Source: Lingula anatina
Taxonomy: Eukaryota; Animalia; Brachiopoda
Direction: 5' to 3'
NCBI GenBank assembly: GCA_051362555.1
Contig: CM120640.1
Coordinates: 30,709,967 to 30,773,966 of the forward strand
Length of the DNA stretch: 64,000 nucleotides
A program made the position numbers and the translations under genes. Each line of letters begins with the position of its first letter. Within the stretch, counting starts at the first letter, position 1. Below the pieces are notes generated by a model, which was not told the origin of the DNA, did not search any database, and was given only the letters and a program-made list of their open reading frames with translations. Of this stretch, positions 15,001 through 29,400 are shown piece by piece.

Positions 15001-18000
15001 GTTCAATATATCTGCAATTTGTACAAATGATGCTTGACAACAATAAAAATCAGTGATAAGCTGATCAGTTGTCTGTGACTAATGAAAAATGTTTTTTTGG
15101 ACAACATATTTGGGAAAACTGAAAATTACATTGAAAAGACTGGGAAAACCCAGACCTTAAAATAGTTAAACATTAATAATTTTTTCAAATCTTGTGAAAT
15201 ATTTCTGAAATTTGTACAAATAATGCTTAACAACAATAAAAATCTGTGAGAAGCTGATCAGTTGTCTGTGTGTAATGAAAAGTGTGTTTTTTGGGACAAT
15301 ATATTTGCGAAAACCAAAAATTACATTGAAAAGACTGGGAATTCGCAGGACTTGAAATAGTTAAACGTTAATAATTTTGTCAAATCTGGTTCAATATATC
15401 TGAAATTTGTACAAATGATGCTTAACAACAATAAAAATCAGTGATAAGCTGATCAGTTGTCTGTATTGAATGAAAAGAGTTTTTTTGGACAACATATTTG
15501 GGAAAACTGAAAATTACATTGAAAAGACTGGGAAAACCCAGAGCTTAAAATAGTTAAACATTAATAATTTTGTCAAATCTTGTGGAATATTTCTGAAATT
15601 TGTACAAATAATGCTTAACAACAATAAAAATCTGTGATAAGCTGATCAGTTGTCTGTGTCTAATGAAAAGTGTTTTTTTGGACAACATATTTGGGAAAAC
15701 TGAAAATTACATGAAAAAGACTGGGAATTTGCAGGACTTGAAATAGTTAAACGTTAATAATTTTGTCTAATCTAGTCCAATATTTCTGAAATTTGTACAA
15801 ATGATGCTTAACTATAATTAAAATCTGTGATAAGCTGATCAAATGTCTGTATTGAATGAAAAGTGTTTTTTGGGACAACAAATTTGGGAAAACTGAAAAT
15901 TACATTGAAAAGACTGGCAAATCCCAGGCCTTAAAATAGTTAAACGTTAATAATTTTGTCAAATTTTGTCCTATATTTCTGAAATTTGTACAAATGATGC
16001 TTAACAAAAATAGAAATCTGGGATAAGCTGATCAGTTGTCTGTATTGAATGAAAAGTGTTTTTTAGGACAATATATTTGGGAAAACCAAAAATTACTTTG
16101 AAAAGACTGGGAATTCGCAGGACTTGAAATAGTTAAACGTTAATCATTTTGTCAAATCTAGTCCAATATTTATGAAATTTGTACAAATGATGCTTAACAA
16201 CAATAAAAATCTGTGATAAGCTGATCAGTTGTCTGTGTCTAATGAAAAGTTTTTTTTTTGGGACAACATATTTGGGAAAACTGAAAATTACATTGAAAAG
16301 ACAAGCAAAACCCAGACTTTAAAATAGTTAAACATTAATAATTTTGTCAAATCTTGTGGAATATTTCTGAAATTTGTACAAATGATGCTTAACAGGAATA
16401 AAAATCTGTGATAAGCTGATCAGTTGTCAGTTTCTTATGAAAAGTTTTTTAGGACAATATATTTGCGAAAAACCAAAAATTACATTGAAAAGACTGGCAA
16501 ATCCCAGGCCTCAAAATAGTTAAATGTTAATAATTTTGTCAAATCTAGTCCAATATTTCTGAAATTTGTACAAATAAAGCTTAACAACAATAAAAGTCTG
16601 TGATAAGCTGATCAGCTGTCTGTGTGTAATGAAAAGTGTTTTTTGGGACAACATATTTGGGAAAACTGAATATTACATTGAAAAGACTGGGAATTCGCAG
16701 GACTTGAAATAGTTAAACGTTAATAATTTTGTCAAATCTGGTCCAATATTTCTGAAATTTGTACAAATGATGCTTAACAACAATAAAAATCTGTGATATG
16801 CTAATCAGTTGTCTGTGTGTAATGAAAAGTGTTTTTTGGGACAACAAATTTGGGAAAACTGAAAATTACATTGAAAAGACTGGTAAATCCCAGGCCTTAA
16901 AATAGTTAAACGTTAATAATTTTGTCAAATTTTGTCCTATATTTCTGAAATTTGTACAAATGATTCTTAACAACAATAAAAATCTGAGAAAAGCTGATCA
17001 GTTGTCTGTGTCTAATGAAAAGTGTTTTTTAGGACAATATATTTGTGAAAACCAAAAATTACATTGAAAAGACTGGCAAAACCCAGACCTCAAATAGTTA
17101 AACGTTAATAATTTTGTCAAATCTGGTGGAATATTTCTGAAATTTGTACAAATGATGCTTAACAATAATAAAAATCTGTGATAAGCTGATCAGTTATCTG
17201 AGTCTTTTCTTTTAAGTGTCAAGTGTATGGGAAATTGATCATCAGAAGAGTGAGAATTAACCAAAACAAATATTTCAATATTGCAATGTATTATTTACTC
17301 TGAAAGTAAACAGCAAATGTGATGATTTGAGGTTGTTTGTGTAAGAGGTTGCAAATTACCTATAACTGTCATCTGGAAAACAATATATACCATACAAGAG
17401 TTCTCCTTACTACCTCTGCAAGATGCAGATTAGTCCTTTCTGGAAGGGGTTGTTGTTATCACAATACTCAACAAGGCCCTAAATCTTGCCAAATATCATG
17501 TATTGTACACATGGAGAAGAGACAGTGCTACTCTTTGTGGTATCTTTCACTAACTGCTTTTTAAGCTTTTTCATGGTGAGGGTACTCTGAAACAAGAACA
17601 ATATAACTGAAAGGACTGAAAATTACATTTGAAAAGAAAGACAAATTTGGTGACTTAATTAAAATAATTAAACGTTAATAATTTTGTCAAATCTGGACCA
17701 ATATTTCTGAAATTTGAACAAATGATGCTTAACAACAATAAAAATCTGTGATAAGCTGATCAGTTATCTGAGTCTTTTTTTAAGTGTCAAGTGTATGGGA
17801 AATTGATCATCAGAAGAGTGAGAATTAACCAAAACAAATATTTCAATATTGCAATGTATTATTTACTCTGAAAGTAAACAGCAAATGTGATGATTTGAGG
17901 TTGTTTGTGTAAGAGGTTGCAAATTACCTATAACTGTCATCTGGAAAACAATATATACCCATACAAGAGTTCTCCTTACTACCTCTGCAAGATGCAGATT

Positions 18001-21000
18001 AGTACTTTCTGGAAGGGGTTGTTGTTATCACAATACTCAACAAGGCCCTAAATCTTGCCAAATATCATGTATTGTACACATGGAGAAGACACAGTGCTGC
18101 TCTTGGTGGTTTCTTTCACTAACTGCTTTTTAAGCTTTTTCATGGTGAGGGTACTCTGAAACAAGAACAATATAACTGAAAGGACTGAAAATTACATTTG
18201 AAAAGAATGACAAATTCGGTGACTTAATTAAAATAATTAAACGTTAATAATTTTGTCAAATCTGGTCCAATATTTCTGAAATTTGAACAAATGATGCTTA
18301 ACAACAATAAAAATCAGTGATAAGCTGATCAGTTGTCTGTGTGTAATGAAAAGTGTTTTTTTGGACAACAAATTTGGGAAAACTGAAAATTACATTGAAA
18401 AGACTGGCAAATCCCAGGCCTTAAAATAGTTAAACGTTAATAATTTTGTCAAATTTTGTCCTATATTTCTGAAATTTGTACACATGATGCTTAACAAAAA
18501 TAGAAATCTGTGATAAGTTGATCAGTTGTCTGTATTGAATGAAAAGTGTTTTTTAGGACAATATATTTGCGAAAACCAAAAATTACATTGAAAAGACTGG
18601 GAATTCGCAGGACTTGAAATAGTTAAACGTTAATAATTTTGTCAAATCTGGTTCAATATATCTGCAATTTGTACAAATGATGCTTGACAACAATAAAAAT
18701 CAGTGATAAGCTGATCAGTTGTCTGTGACTAATGAAAAATGTTTTTTTGGACAACATATTTGGGAAAACTGAAAATTACATTGAAAAGACTGGGAAAACC
18801 CAGACCTTAAAATAGTTAAACATTAATAATTTTGTCAAATCTTGTGAAATATTTCTGAAATTTGTACAAATAATGCTTAACAACAATAAAAATCTGTGAG
18901 AAGCTGATCAGTTGTCTGTGTGTAATGAAAAGTGTTTTTTGGGACAATGTATTTGCGAAAACCAAAAATTACATTGAAAAGACTGGGAATTCGCAGGACT
19001 TGAAATAGTTAAACGTTAATAATTTTGTCAAATCTGGTTCAATATATCTGAAATTTGTACAAATGATGCTTAACAACAATAAAAATCAGTGATAAGCTGA
19101 TCAGTTGTCTGTATTGAATGAAAAGAGTTTTTTTGGACAACATATTTGGGAAAACTGAAAATTACATTGAAAAGACTGGGAAAACCCAGAGCTTAAAATA
19201 GTTAAACATTAATAATTTTGTCAAATCTTGTGGAATATTTCTGAAATTTGTACAAATAATGCTTAACAACAATAAAAATCTGTGATAAGCTGATCAGTTG
19301 TCTGTGTCTAATGAAAAGTGTTTTTTTGGACAACATATTTGGGAAAACTGAAAATTACATGAAAAAGACTGGGAATTTGCAGGACTTGAAATAGTTAAAC
19401 ATTAATAATTTTGTCTAATCTAGTCCAATATTTCTGAAATTTGTACAAATGATGCTTAACTATAATTAAAATCTGTGATAAGCTGATCAGTTGTCTGTGT
19501 GTAATGAAAAGTGTTTTTTGGGACAACAAATTTGGGAAAACTGAAAATTACATTGAAAAGACAAGCAAAACCCAGACCTTAAAATAGTTAAACGTTAATA
19601 ATTTTGTCAAATTTTGTCCTATATTTCTGAAATTTGTACAAATGATGCTTAACAAAAATAGAAATCTGTGATAAGCTGATCAGTTGTCTGTATTGAATGA
19701 AAAGTGTTTTTTAGGACAATATATTTGGGAAAACCAAAAATTACATTGAAAAGACTGGGAATTCGCAGGACTTGAAATAGTTAAACGTTAATCATTTTGT
19801 CAAATCTAGTCCAATATTTATGAAATTTGTACAAATGATGCTTAACAACAATAAAAATCTGTGATAAGCTGATCAGTTGTCTGTGTCTAATGAAAAGTTT
19901 TTTTTTTGGGACAACATATTTGGGAAAACTGAAAATTACATTGAAAAGACAAGCAAAACCCAGACCTTAAAATAGTTAAACATTAATAATTTTGTCAAAT
20001 CTTGTGGAATATTTCTGAAATTTGTACAAATGATGCTTAACAGGAATAAAAATCTGTGATAAGCTGATCAGTTGTCAGTTTCTTATGAAAAGTTTTTTAG
20101 GACAATATATTTGCGAAAAACCAAAAATTACATTGAAAAGACTGGCAAATCCCAGGCCTCAAAATAGTTAAATGTTTATAATTTTGTCAAATCTAGTCCA
20201 ATATTTCTGAAATTTGTACAAATAAAGCTTAACAACAATAAAAGTCTGTGATAAGCTGATCAGCTGTCTGTGTGTAATGAAAAGTGTTTTTTGGGACAAC
20301 AAATTTGGGAAAACTGAAAATTACATTGAAAAGACTGGTAAATCCCAGGCCTTAAAATAGTTAAACGTTAATAATTTTGTCAAATTTTGTCCTATATTTC
20401 TGAAATTTGTACAAATGATGCTTAACAACAATAAAAATCTGAGAAAAGCTGATCAGTTGTCTGTGTCTAATGAAAAGTGTTTTTTAGGACAATATATTTG
20501 TGAAAACCAAAAATTACATTGAAAAGACTGGCAAAACCCAGACCTCAAATAGTTAAACGTTAATAATTTTGTCAAATCTGGTGGAATATTTCTGAAATTT
20601 GTACAAATGATGCTTAACAATAATAAAAATCTGTGATAAGCTGATCAGTTATCTGAGTCTTTTCTTTTAAGTGTCAAGTGTATGGGAAATTGATCATCAG
20701 AAGAGTGAGAATTAACCAAAACAAATATTTCAATATTGCAATGTATTATTTACTCTGAAAGTAAACAGCAAATGTGATGATTTGAGGTTGTTTGTGTAAG
20801 AGGTTGCAAATTACCTATAACTGTCATCTGGAAAACAATATATACCATACAAGAGTTCTCCTTAATACCTCTGCAAGATGCAGATTAGTCCTTTCTGGAA
20901 GGGGTTGTTGTTATCACAATACTCAACAAGGCCCTAAATCTTGCCAAATATCATGTATTGTACACATGGAGAAGACACAGTGCTACTCTTTGTGGTATCT

Positions 21001-24000
21001 TTCACTAACTGCTTTTTAAGCTTTTTCATGGTGAGGGTACTCTGAAACAAGAACAATATAACTGAAAGGACTGAAAATTACATTTGAAAAGAAAGACAAA
21101 TTTGGTGACTTAATTAAAATAATTAAACGTTAATAATTTTGTCAAATCTGGACCATTATTTCTGAAATTTGAACAAATGATGCTTAACAACAATAAAAAT
21201 CAGTGATAAGCTGATCAGTTGTCTGTGTCTAATGAAAAGTGTTTTTTTGGACAACATATTTGGGAAAACTGAAAATTACATTGAAAAGACTGGCAAAACC
21301 CAGACCTTAAAATAGTTAAACATTAATAATTTTGTCAAATCTTGTGGAATATTTCTGAAATTTGTACAAATGATGCTTAACAATAATAAAAATCTGTGAT
21401 AAGCTGATGAGTTGTCTGTTTCTAATGAAAAGTTTTTTTAGGACAATATATTTGCGAAAACCAAAAATTACATTGAAAATACTGGGAATTCGCAGGACTT
21501 GAAATAGTTAAACGTTAATAATTTTGTCAAATCTTGTCCTATATTTCTGAAATTTGTACAAATGATGCTTAACAACAATAGAAATCTGTGATAAGCTGAT
21601 CAAATGTCTGTATTGAATGAAAAGTGTTTTTTGGGACAACAAATTTGGGAAAACTGAAAATTACATTGAAAAGACTGGTAAATCCCAGGCCTTAAAATAG
21701 TTAAACGTTAATAATTTTGTCAAATTTTGTCCTATATTTCTGAAATTTGTACAAATGATGCTTAACAAAAATAGAAATCTGAGAAAAGCTGATCAGTTAT
21801 CTGAGTCTTTTCTTTTAAGTGTCAAGTGTATGGGAAATTGATCATCAGAAGAGTGAGAATTAACCAAAACAAATATTTCAATATTGCAATGTATTATTTA
21901 CTCTGAAAGTAAACAGCAAATGTGATGATTTGAGGTTGTTTGTGTAAGAGGTTGCAAATTACCTATAACTGTCATCTGGAAAACAATATATACCATACAA
22001 GAGTTCTCCTTAATACCTCTGCAAGATGCAGATTAGTCCTTTCTGGAAGGGGTTGTTGTTATCACAATACTCAACAAGGCCCTAAATCTTGCCAAATATC
22101 ATGTATTGTACACATGGAGAAGACACAGTGCTACTCTTGGTGGTATCTTTCACTAACTGCTTTTTAAGCTTTTTCATGGTGAGGGTACTCTGAAACAAGA
22201 ACAATATAACTGAAAGGACTGAAAATTACATTTGAAAAGAAAGACAAATTTGGTGACTTAATTAAAATAATTAAACGTTAATAATTTTGTCCAATCTGGC
22301 CAATATTTCTGAAATTTGAACAAATGATGCTTAACAACTATAAAAATCAGTGATAAGCTGATCAGCTGTCTGTGTGTAATGAAAAGTGTTTTTTGGGACA
22401 ACATATTTGGGAAATCTGAATATTACATTGAAAAGACTGGGAATTCGCAGGACTTGAAATAGTTAAACGTTAATAATTTTGTCAAATCTAGTCCAATATT
22501 TCTGAAATTTGTACAAATAATGCTTAACAACAATAAAAGTCTGTGATAAGCTGATCAGCTGTCCGTGTGTAATGAAAGGTGTTTTTTGGGACAACATATT
22601 TGGGAAAACTGAATATTACATTGAAAAGACTGGGAATTCGCAGGACTTGAAATAGTTAAACGTTAATAATTTTGTCAAATCTTGTCCTATATTTCTGAAA
22701 TTTGTACATATGATGCTTAACAACAATACAAATCTGTGATAAGCTGATCAGTTGTCTGTGTGTAATGAAAAGTGTTTTTTGGGACAACAAATTTGGGAAA
22801 ACTGAAAATTACATTGAAAAGACTGGGAAAACCCAGACCTTAAAATAGTTAAACGTTAATAATTTTGTCAAATTTTGTCCTATATTTCTGAAATTTGGAA
22901 AAATGATGCTTAACAAAAATAGAAATCTGTGATAAGCTGATGAGTTGTCTGTATTGAATGAAAAGTGTTTTTTAGGACAATATATTTGCGAAAACCAAAA
23001 ATTACATTGAAAAGACTGGGAATTCGCAGGACTTGAAATAGTTAAACGTTAATCATTTTGTCAAATCTAGTCCAATATTAATGAAATTTGTACAAATGAT
23101 GCTTAACAACAATAAAAATCTGTGATAAGCTGATCAGTTGTCTGTGTCTAATGAAAAGTGTTTTTTGGGACAACATATTTGGGAAAACTGAAAATTACAT
23201 TGAAAAGACTGGGAAAACCCAGACCTTAAAATAGTTAAACGTTAATAATTTTGTCAAATCATGTGGAATATTTCTGAAATTTGTACAAATGATGCTTAAC
23301 AACAATAAAAATCTGTGATAAGCTGATCAGTTGTCTGTATTGAATGAAAAGTGTTTTTTGGGACAACATATTTGGGAAAACTGAAAATTACATTGAAAAG
23401 ACTGGCAAAACCCAGACCTCAAAATAGTTAAACGTTAATAATTTTGTCAAATCTGGTGGAATATTTATGAAATTTGTACAAATGATGCTTAACAATAATA
23501 AAAATCTGTGATAAGCTGATCAGTTATCTGAGTCTTTTCTTTTAAGTGTCAAGTGTATGGGAAATTGATCATCAGAAGAGTGAGAATTAACCAAAACAAA
23601 TATTTCAATATTGCAATGTATTATTTACTCTGAAAGTAAACAGCAAATGTGATGATTTGAGGTTGTTTGTGTAAGAGGTTGCAAATTACCTATAACTGTC
23701 ATCTGGAAAACAATATATACCATACAAGAGTTCTCCTTACTACCTCTGCAAGATGCAGATTAGTCCTTTCTGGAAGGGGTTGTTGTTATCACAATACTCA
23801 ACAAGGCCCTAAATCTTGCCTATATCATGTATTGTACACATGGAGAAGACACAGTGCTACTCTTGGTGGTATCTTTCACTAACTGCTTTTTAAGCTTTTT
23901 CATGGTGAGGGTACTCTGAAACAAGAACAATATAACTGAAAGGACTGAAAATTACATTTGAAAAGAAAGACAAATTTGGTGACTTAATTAAAATAGTTAA

Positions 24001-26499
24001 ATGTTAACAATTTTGTCAAATCTAGTCCAATATTTCTGAAATTTGTACAAATGATGCTTAACAACAATAAAAATCTGTGAAAAGCTGATCAGTTGTCTGT
24101 ATTGAATGAAAAGTGTTTTTTGGGACAACATAGTTGGGAAAACTGAAAATTACATTGAAAAGCCTGGGAATTTGCAGGACTTGAAATAGTTAAACATTAA
24201 TAATTTTGTCAAATCTAGTCCAATATTTATGAAATTTGTACAAATGATGCTTAACAACTATAAAAATCTGTGAAAAGCTGATCAATTGTCTGTGTCTAAT
24301 GAAAACTGTTTTTTTGGGACAATATAGTTGGGAAAACTGAAAATCACACTGAAAAGACTGGCAAAACCCAGGCCTTAAAATAGTTAAACGTTAATAATTT
24401 TGTCAAATCTTGTCCTATATTTCTGAAATTTGTACAAATGATGCTTAACAATAATTAAAATCTGTGATAAGCTGATCATTTATCTGAGTCTTTTTCTTTA
24501 AGTGTCAAGTGTATGGGAAATTGATCATCAGAAGAGTGAGAATTAACCAAAACAAATATTTCAATATTGCAATGTATTATTTACTCTGAAAGTAAACAGC
24601 AAATGTGATGATTTGAGGTTGTTTGTGTAAGAGGTTGCAAATTACCTATAACTGTAATCTGGAAAACAATATATACCATACAAGAGTTCTCCTTACTACC
24701 TCTGCAAGATGCAGATTAGTCCTTTCTGGAAGGGGTTGTTGTTATCACAATACTCAACAAGGCCCTAAATCTTGCCAAATATCATGTATTGTACACATGG
24801 AGAAGACACAGTGCTACTCTTAGTGGTATCTTTCACTAACTGCTTTTTAAGCTTTTTCATGGTGAGGGTACTCTGAAACAAGAACAATATAACTGAAAGG
24901 ACTGAAAATTACATTTGAAAAGAAAGACAAATTTGGTGACTTAATTAAAATAATTAAACGTTAATAATTTTGTCAAATCTGGTCCAATATTTCTGAAATT
25001 TGAACAAATGATGCTTAACAACTATAAAAATCAGTGATAAGCTGATCAGCTGTCTGTGTGTAATGAAAAGTGTTTTTTGGGACAACATATTTGGGAAATC
25101 TGAATATTATATTGAAAAGACTGGGAATTCGCAGGACTTGAAATAGTTAAACGTTAATAATTTTGTCAAATCTAGTCCAATATTTCTGAAATTTGTACAA
25201 ATAATGCTTAACAACAATAAAAGTCTGTGATAAGCTGATCAGCTGTCTGTGTGTAATGAAAAGTGTTTTTTGGGACAACATATTAGGGAAAACTGAATAT
25301 TACATTGAAAAGACTGGGAATTCGCAGGACTTGAAATAGTTAAACGTTAATAATTTTGTCAAATCTTGTCCTATATTTCTGAAATTTGTACAAATGATGC
25401 TTAACAACAATAGAAATCTGTGATAAGCTGATCAGTTGTCTGTGTGTAATGAAAAGTGTTTTTTGGGACAACATATTTGGGAAAACTGAAAATTACATTG
25501 AAAAGACTGGGAAAACCCAGACCTTAAAATAGTTAAACGTTAATAATTTTGTCAAATTTTGTGGAATATTTCTGAAATTTGGAAAAATGATGCTTAACAA
25601 AAATAGAAATCTATGATAAGCTGATCAGTTGTCTGTATTGAATGAAAAGTGTTTTTTAGGACAATATATTTGCGAAAACCAAAAATTACATTGAAAAGAC
25701 TGGGAATTCGCAGGACTTGAAATAGTTAAACGTTAATAATTTTGTCAAATCTTGTCCTATATTTCTGAAATTTGTACAAATGATGCTTAACAACAATAGA
25801 AATCTGTGATAAGCTGATCAGTTGTCTGTGTGTAATGAAAAGTGTTTTTTGGGACAACATATTTGGGAAAACTGAAAATTACATTGAAAAGACTGGGAAA
25901 ACCCAGACCTTAAAATAGTTAAACGTTAATAATTTTGTCAAATTTTGTGGAATATTTCTGAAATTTGGAAAAATGATGCTTAACAAAAATAGAAATCTGT
26001 GATAAGCTGATCAGTTGTCTGTATTGAATGAAAAGTGTTTTTTAGGACAATATATTTGCGAAAACCAAAAATTACATTGAAAAGACTGGGAATTCGCAGG
26101 ACTTGAAATAGTTAAACGTTAATCATTTTGTCAAATCTAGTCCAATATTAATGAAATTTGTACAAATGATGCTTAACAACAATAAAAATCTGTGATAAGC
26201 TGATCAGTTGTCTGTGTCTAATGAAAAGTGTTTTTTGGGACAACATATTTGGGAAAACTGAAAATTACATTGAAAAGACTGGGAAAACCCAGACCTTAAA
26301 ATAGTTAAACGTTAATAATTTTGTCAAATCATGTGGAATATTTCTGAAATTTGTACAAATGATGCTTAACAACAATAAAAATCTGTGATAAGCTGATCAG
26401 TTGTCTGTATTGAATGAAAAGTGTTTTTTGGGACAACATATTTGGGAAAACTGAAAATTACATTGAAAAGACTGGCAAAACCCAGACCTCAAAATAGTT

Positions 26500-29400
26500 A
26501 AACGTTAATAATTTTGTCAAATCTGGTGGAATATTTATGAAATTTGTACAAATGATGCTTAACAATAATAAAAATCTGTGATAAGCTGATCAGTTATCTG
26601 AGTCTTTTCTTTTAAGTGTCAAGTGTATGGGAAATTGATCATCAGAAGAGTGAGAATTAACCAAAACAAATATTTCAATATTGCAATGTATTATTTACTC
26701 TGAAAGTAAACAGCAAATGTGATGATTTGAGGTTGTTTGTGTAAGAGGTTGCAAATTACCTATAACTGTCATCTGGAAAACAATATATACCATACAAGAG
26801 TTCTCCTTACTACCTCTGCAAGATGCAGATTAGTCCTTTCTGGAAGGGGTTGTTGTTATCACAATACTCAACAAGGCCCTAAATCTTGCCTATATCATGT
26901 ATTGTACACATGGAGAAGACACAGTGCTACTCTTGGTGGTATCTTTCACTAACTGCTTTTTAAGCTTTTTCATGGTGAGGGTACTCTGAAACAAGAACAA
27001 TATAACTGAAAGGACTGAAAATTACATTTGAAAAGAAAGACAAATTTGGTGACTTAATTAAAATAATTAAACGTTAATAATTTTGTCAAATCTTGTCCAA
27101 TATTTCTGAAATTTGTACAAATGATGCTTAACAACAATAGAAATCTGTGATAAGCTGATCAGTTGTCTGTATTGAATGGAAAGTGTTTTTTAGGACAATA
27201 TATTTGCGAAAACCAAAAATTACATTGAAAAGACTGGGAATTCGCAGGACTTGAAATAGTTAAACGTTAATAATTTTGTCAAATCTAGTCCAATATTTCT
27301 GAAATTTGTACAAATAATGCTTAACAACAATAAAAGTCTGTGATAAGCTGATCAGCTGTCTGTGTGTAATGAAAAGTGTTTTTTGGGACAACATATTTGG
27401 GAAAACTGAATATTACATTGAAAAGACTGGGAATTCGCAGGACTTGAAATAGTTAAACGTTAATCATTTTGTCAAATCTAGTCCAATATTTATGAAATTT
27501 GTACAAATGATGCTTAACAACAATAAAAATCTGTGATAAGCTGATCAGTTGTCTGTGTCTAATGAAAAGTATTTTTTGGGACAACATATTTGGGAAAACT
27601 GAAAATTACATTGAAAAGACTAGCAAAACCCAGGCCTTAAAATAGTTAAACGTTAATAATTTTGTCAAATCTTGTCCTATATTTCTGAAATTTGTACAAA
27701 TGATGCTTAACAATAATAAAAATCTGTGATAAGCTGATCAGTTATCTGAGTCTTTTTCTTTAAGTGTCAAGTGTATGGGAAATTGATCATCAGAAGAGTG
27801 AGAATTAACCAAAACAAATATTTCAATATTGCAATGTATTATTTACTCTGAAAGTAAACAGCAAATGTGATGATTTGAGGTTGTTTGTGTAAGAGGTTGC
27901 AAATTACCTATAACTGTCATCTGGAAAACAATATTTACCCATACAAGAGTTCTCCCTACTACCTCTGCAAGATGCAGATTACTTCTTTTTGGAAGGGGTT
28001 GTTGTTATCACAATACTCAACAAGTAAATCTTGCCAAAAATCATGTATTGTACACATGGAGAAGACACAGTGCTGCTCTTAGTGGTATCTTTAACTGCCT
28101 GCTTTTTCAGCATTTTCATGGTGAGGGTACTCTGAAACAAGAACAATATAACTGAAAGGACTGAAAATTACATTTCAAAAGAATGACAAATTCGGTGACT
28201 TAATTAAAATAGTTAAATGTTAACAATTTTGTCAAATCTAGTCCAATATTTCTGAAATTTGTACAAATGATGCTTAACAACAATAAAAATCTGTGAAAAG
28301 CTGATCAGTTGTCTGTATTGAATGAAAAGTGTTTTTTGGGACAACATAGTTGGGAAAACTGAAAATTACATTGAAAAGCCTGGGAATTTGCAGGACTTGA
28401 AATAGTTAAACATTAATAATTTTGTCTAATCTAGTCCAATATTTATGAAATTTGTACAAATGATGCTTAACAACAATAAAAATCTGTGAAAAGCTGATCA
28501 ATTGTCTGTGTCTAATGAAAACTGTTTTTTTGGGACAATATAGTTGGGAAAACTGAAAATCACACCGAAAAGACTGGCAAAACCCAGGCCTTAAAATAGT
28601 TAAACGTTAATAATTTTGTCAAATCTTGTCCTATATTTCTGAAATTTGTACAAATGATGCTTAACAATAATAAAAATCTGTGATAAGCTGATCAGTTATC
28701 TGAGTCTTTTTCTTTAAGTGTCAAGTGTATGGGAAATTGATCATCAGAAGAGTGAGAATTAACCAAAACAAATATCTCAATATTGCAATGTATTATTTTC
28801 TCTGAAAGTAAACAGCAAATGTGATGATTTGAGGTTGTTTGTGTAAGAGGTTGCAAATTACCTATAACTGTCATCTGGAAAACAATATATACCCATACAA
28901 GAGTTCTCCCTACTACCTCTGCAAGATGCAGATTACTTCTTTCTGGAAGGGGTTGTTGTTATCACAACACTCAACAAGTAAATCTTGCCAAATATCATGT
29001 ATTGTACACATGGAGAAGACACAGTGCTGCTCTTAGTGGTATCTTTAACTGCCTGCTTTTTCAGCATTTTCATGGTGAGGGTACTCTGAAACAAGAACAA
29101 TATAACTGAAAGGACTGAAAATTACATTTCAAAAGAATGACAAATTCGGTGACTTAATTAAAATAGTTAAACGTTAACAATTTTGTCAAATCTAGTCCAA
29201 TATTTCTGAAATTTGTACAAATGATGCTTAACAACAATTAAAATCTGTGATAAGCTGATCAATTGTCTGTGATTAATGAGAGTGTTTTTTGGGACAACAT
29301 AGTTGGGAAAACTGAAAATTACATTGAAAAGACTGGCAAATCCCAGGCCTTAAAATAGTTAAACGTTAATAATTTTGTCAAATCTTGTCGAATATTTCTG

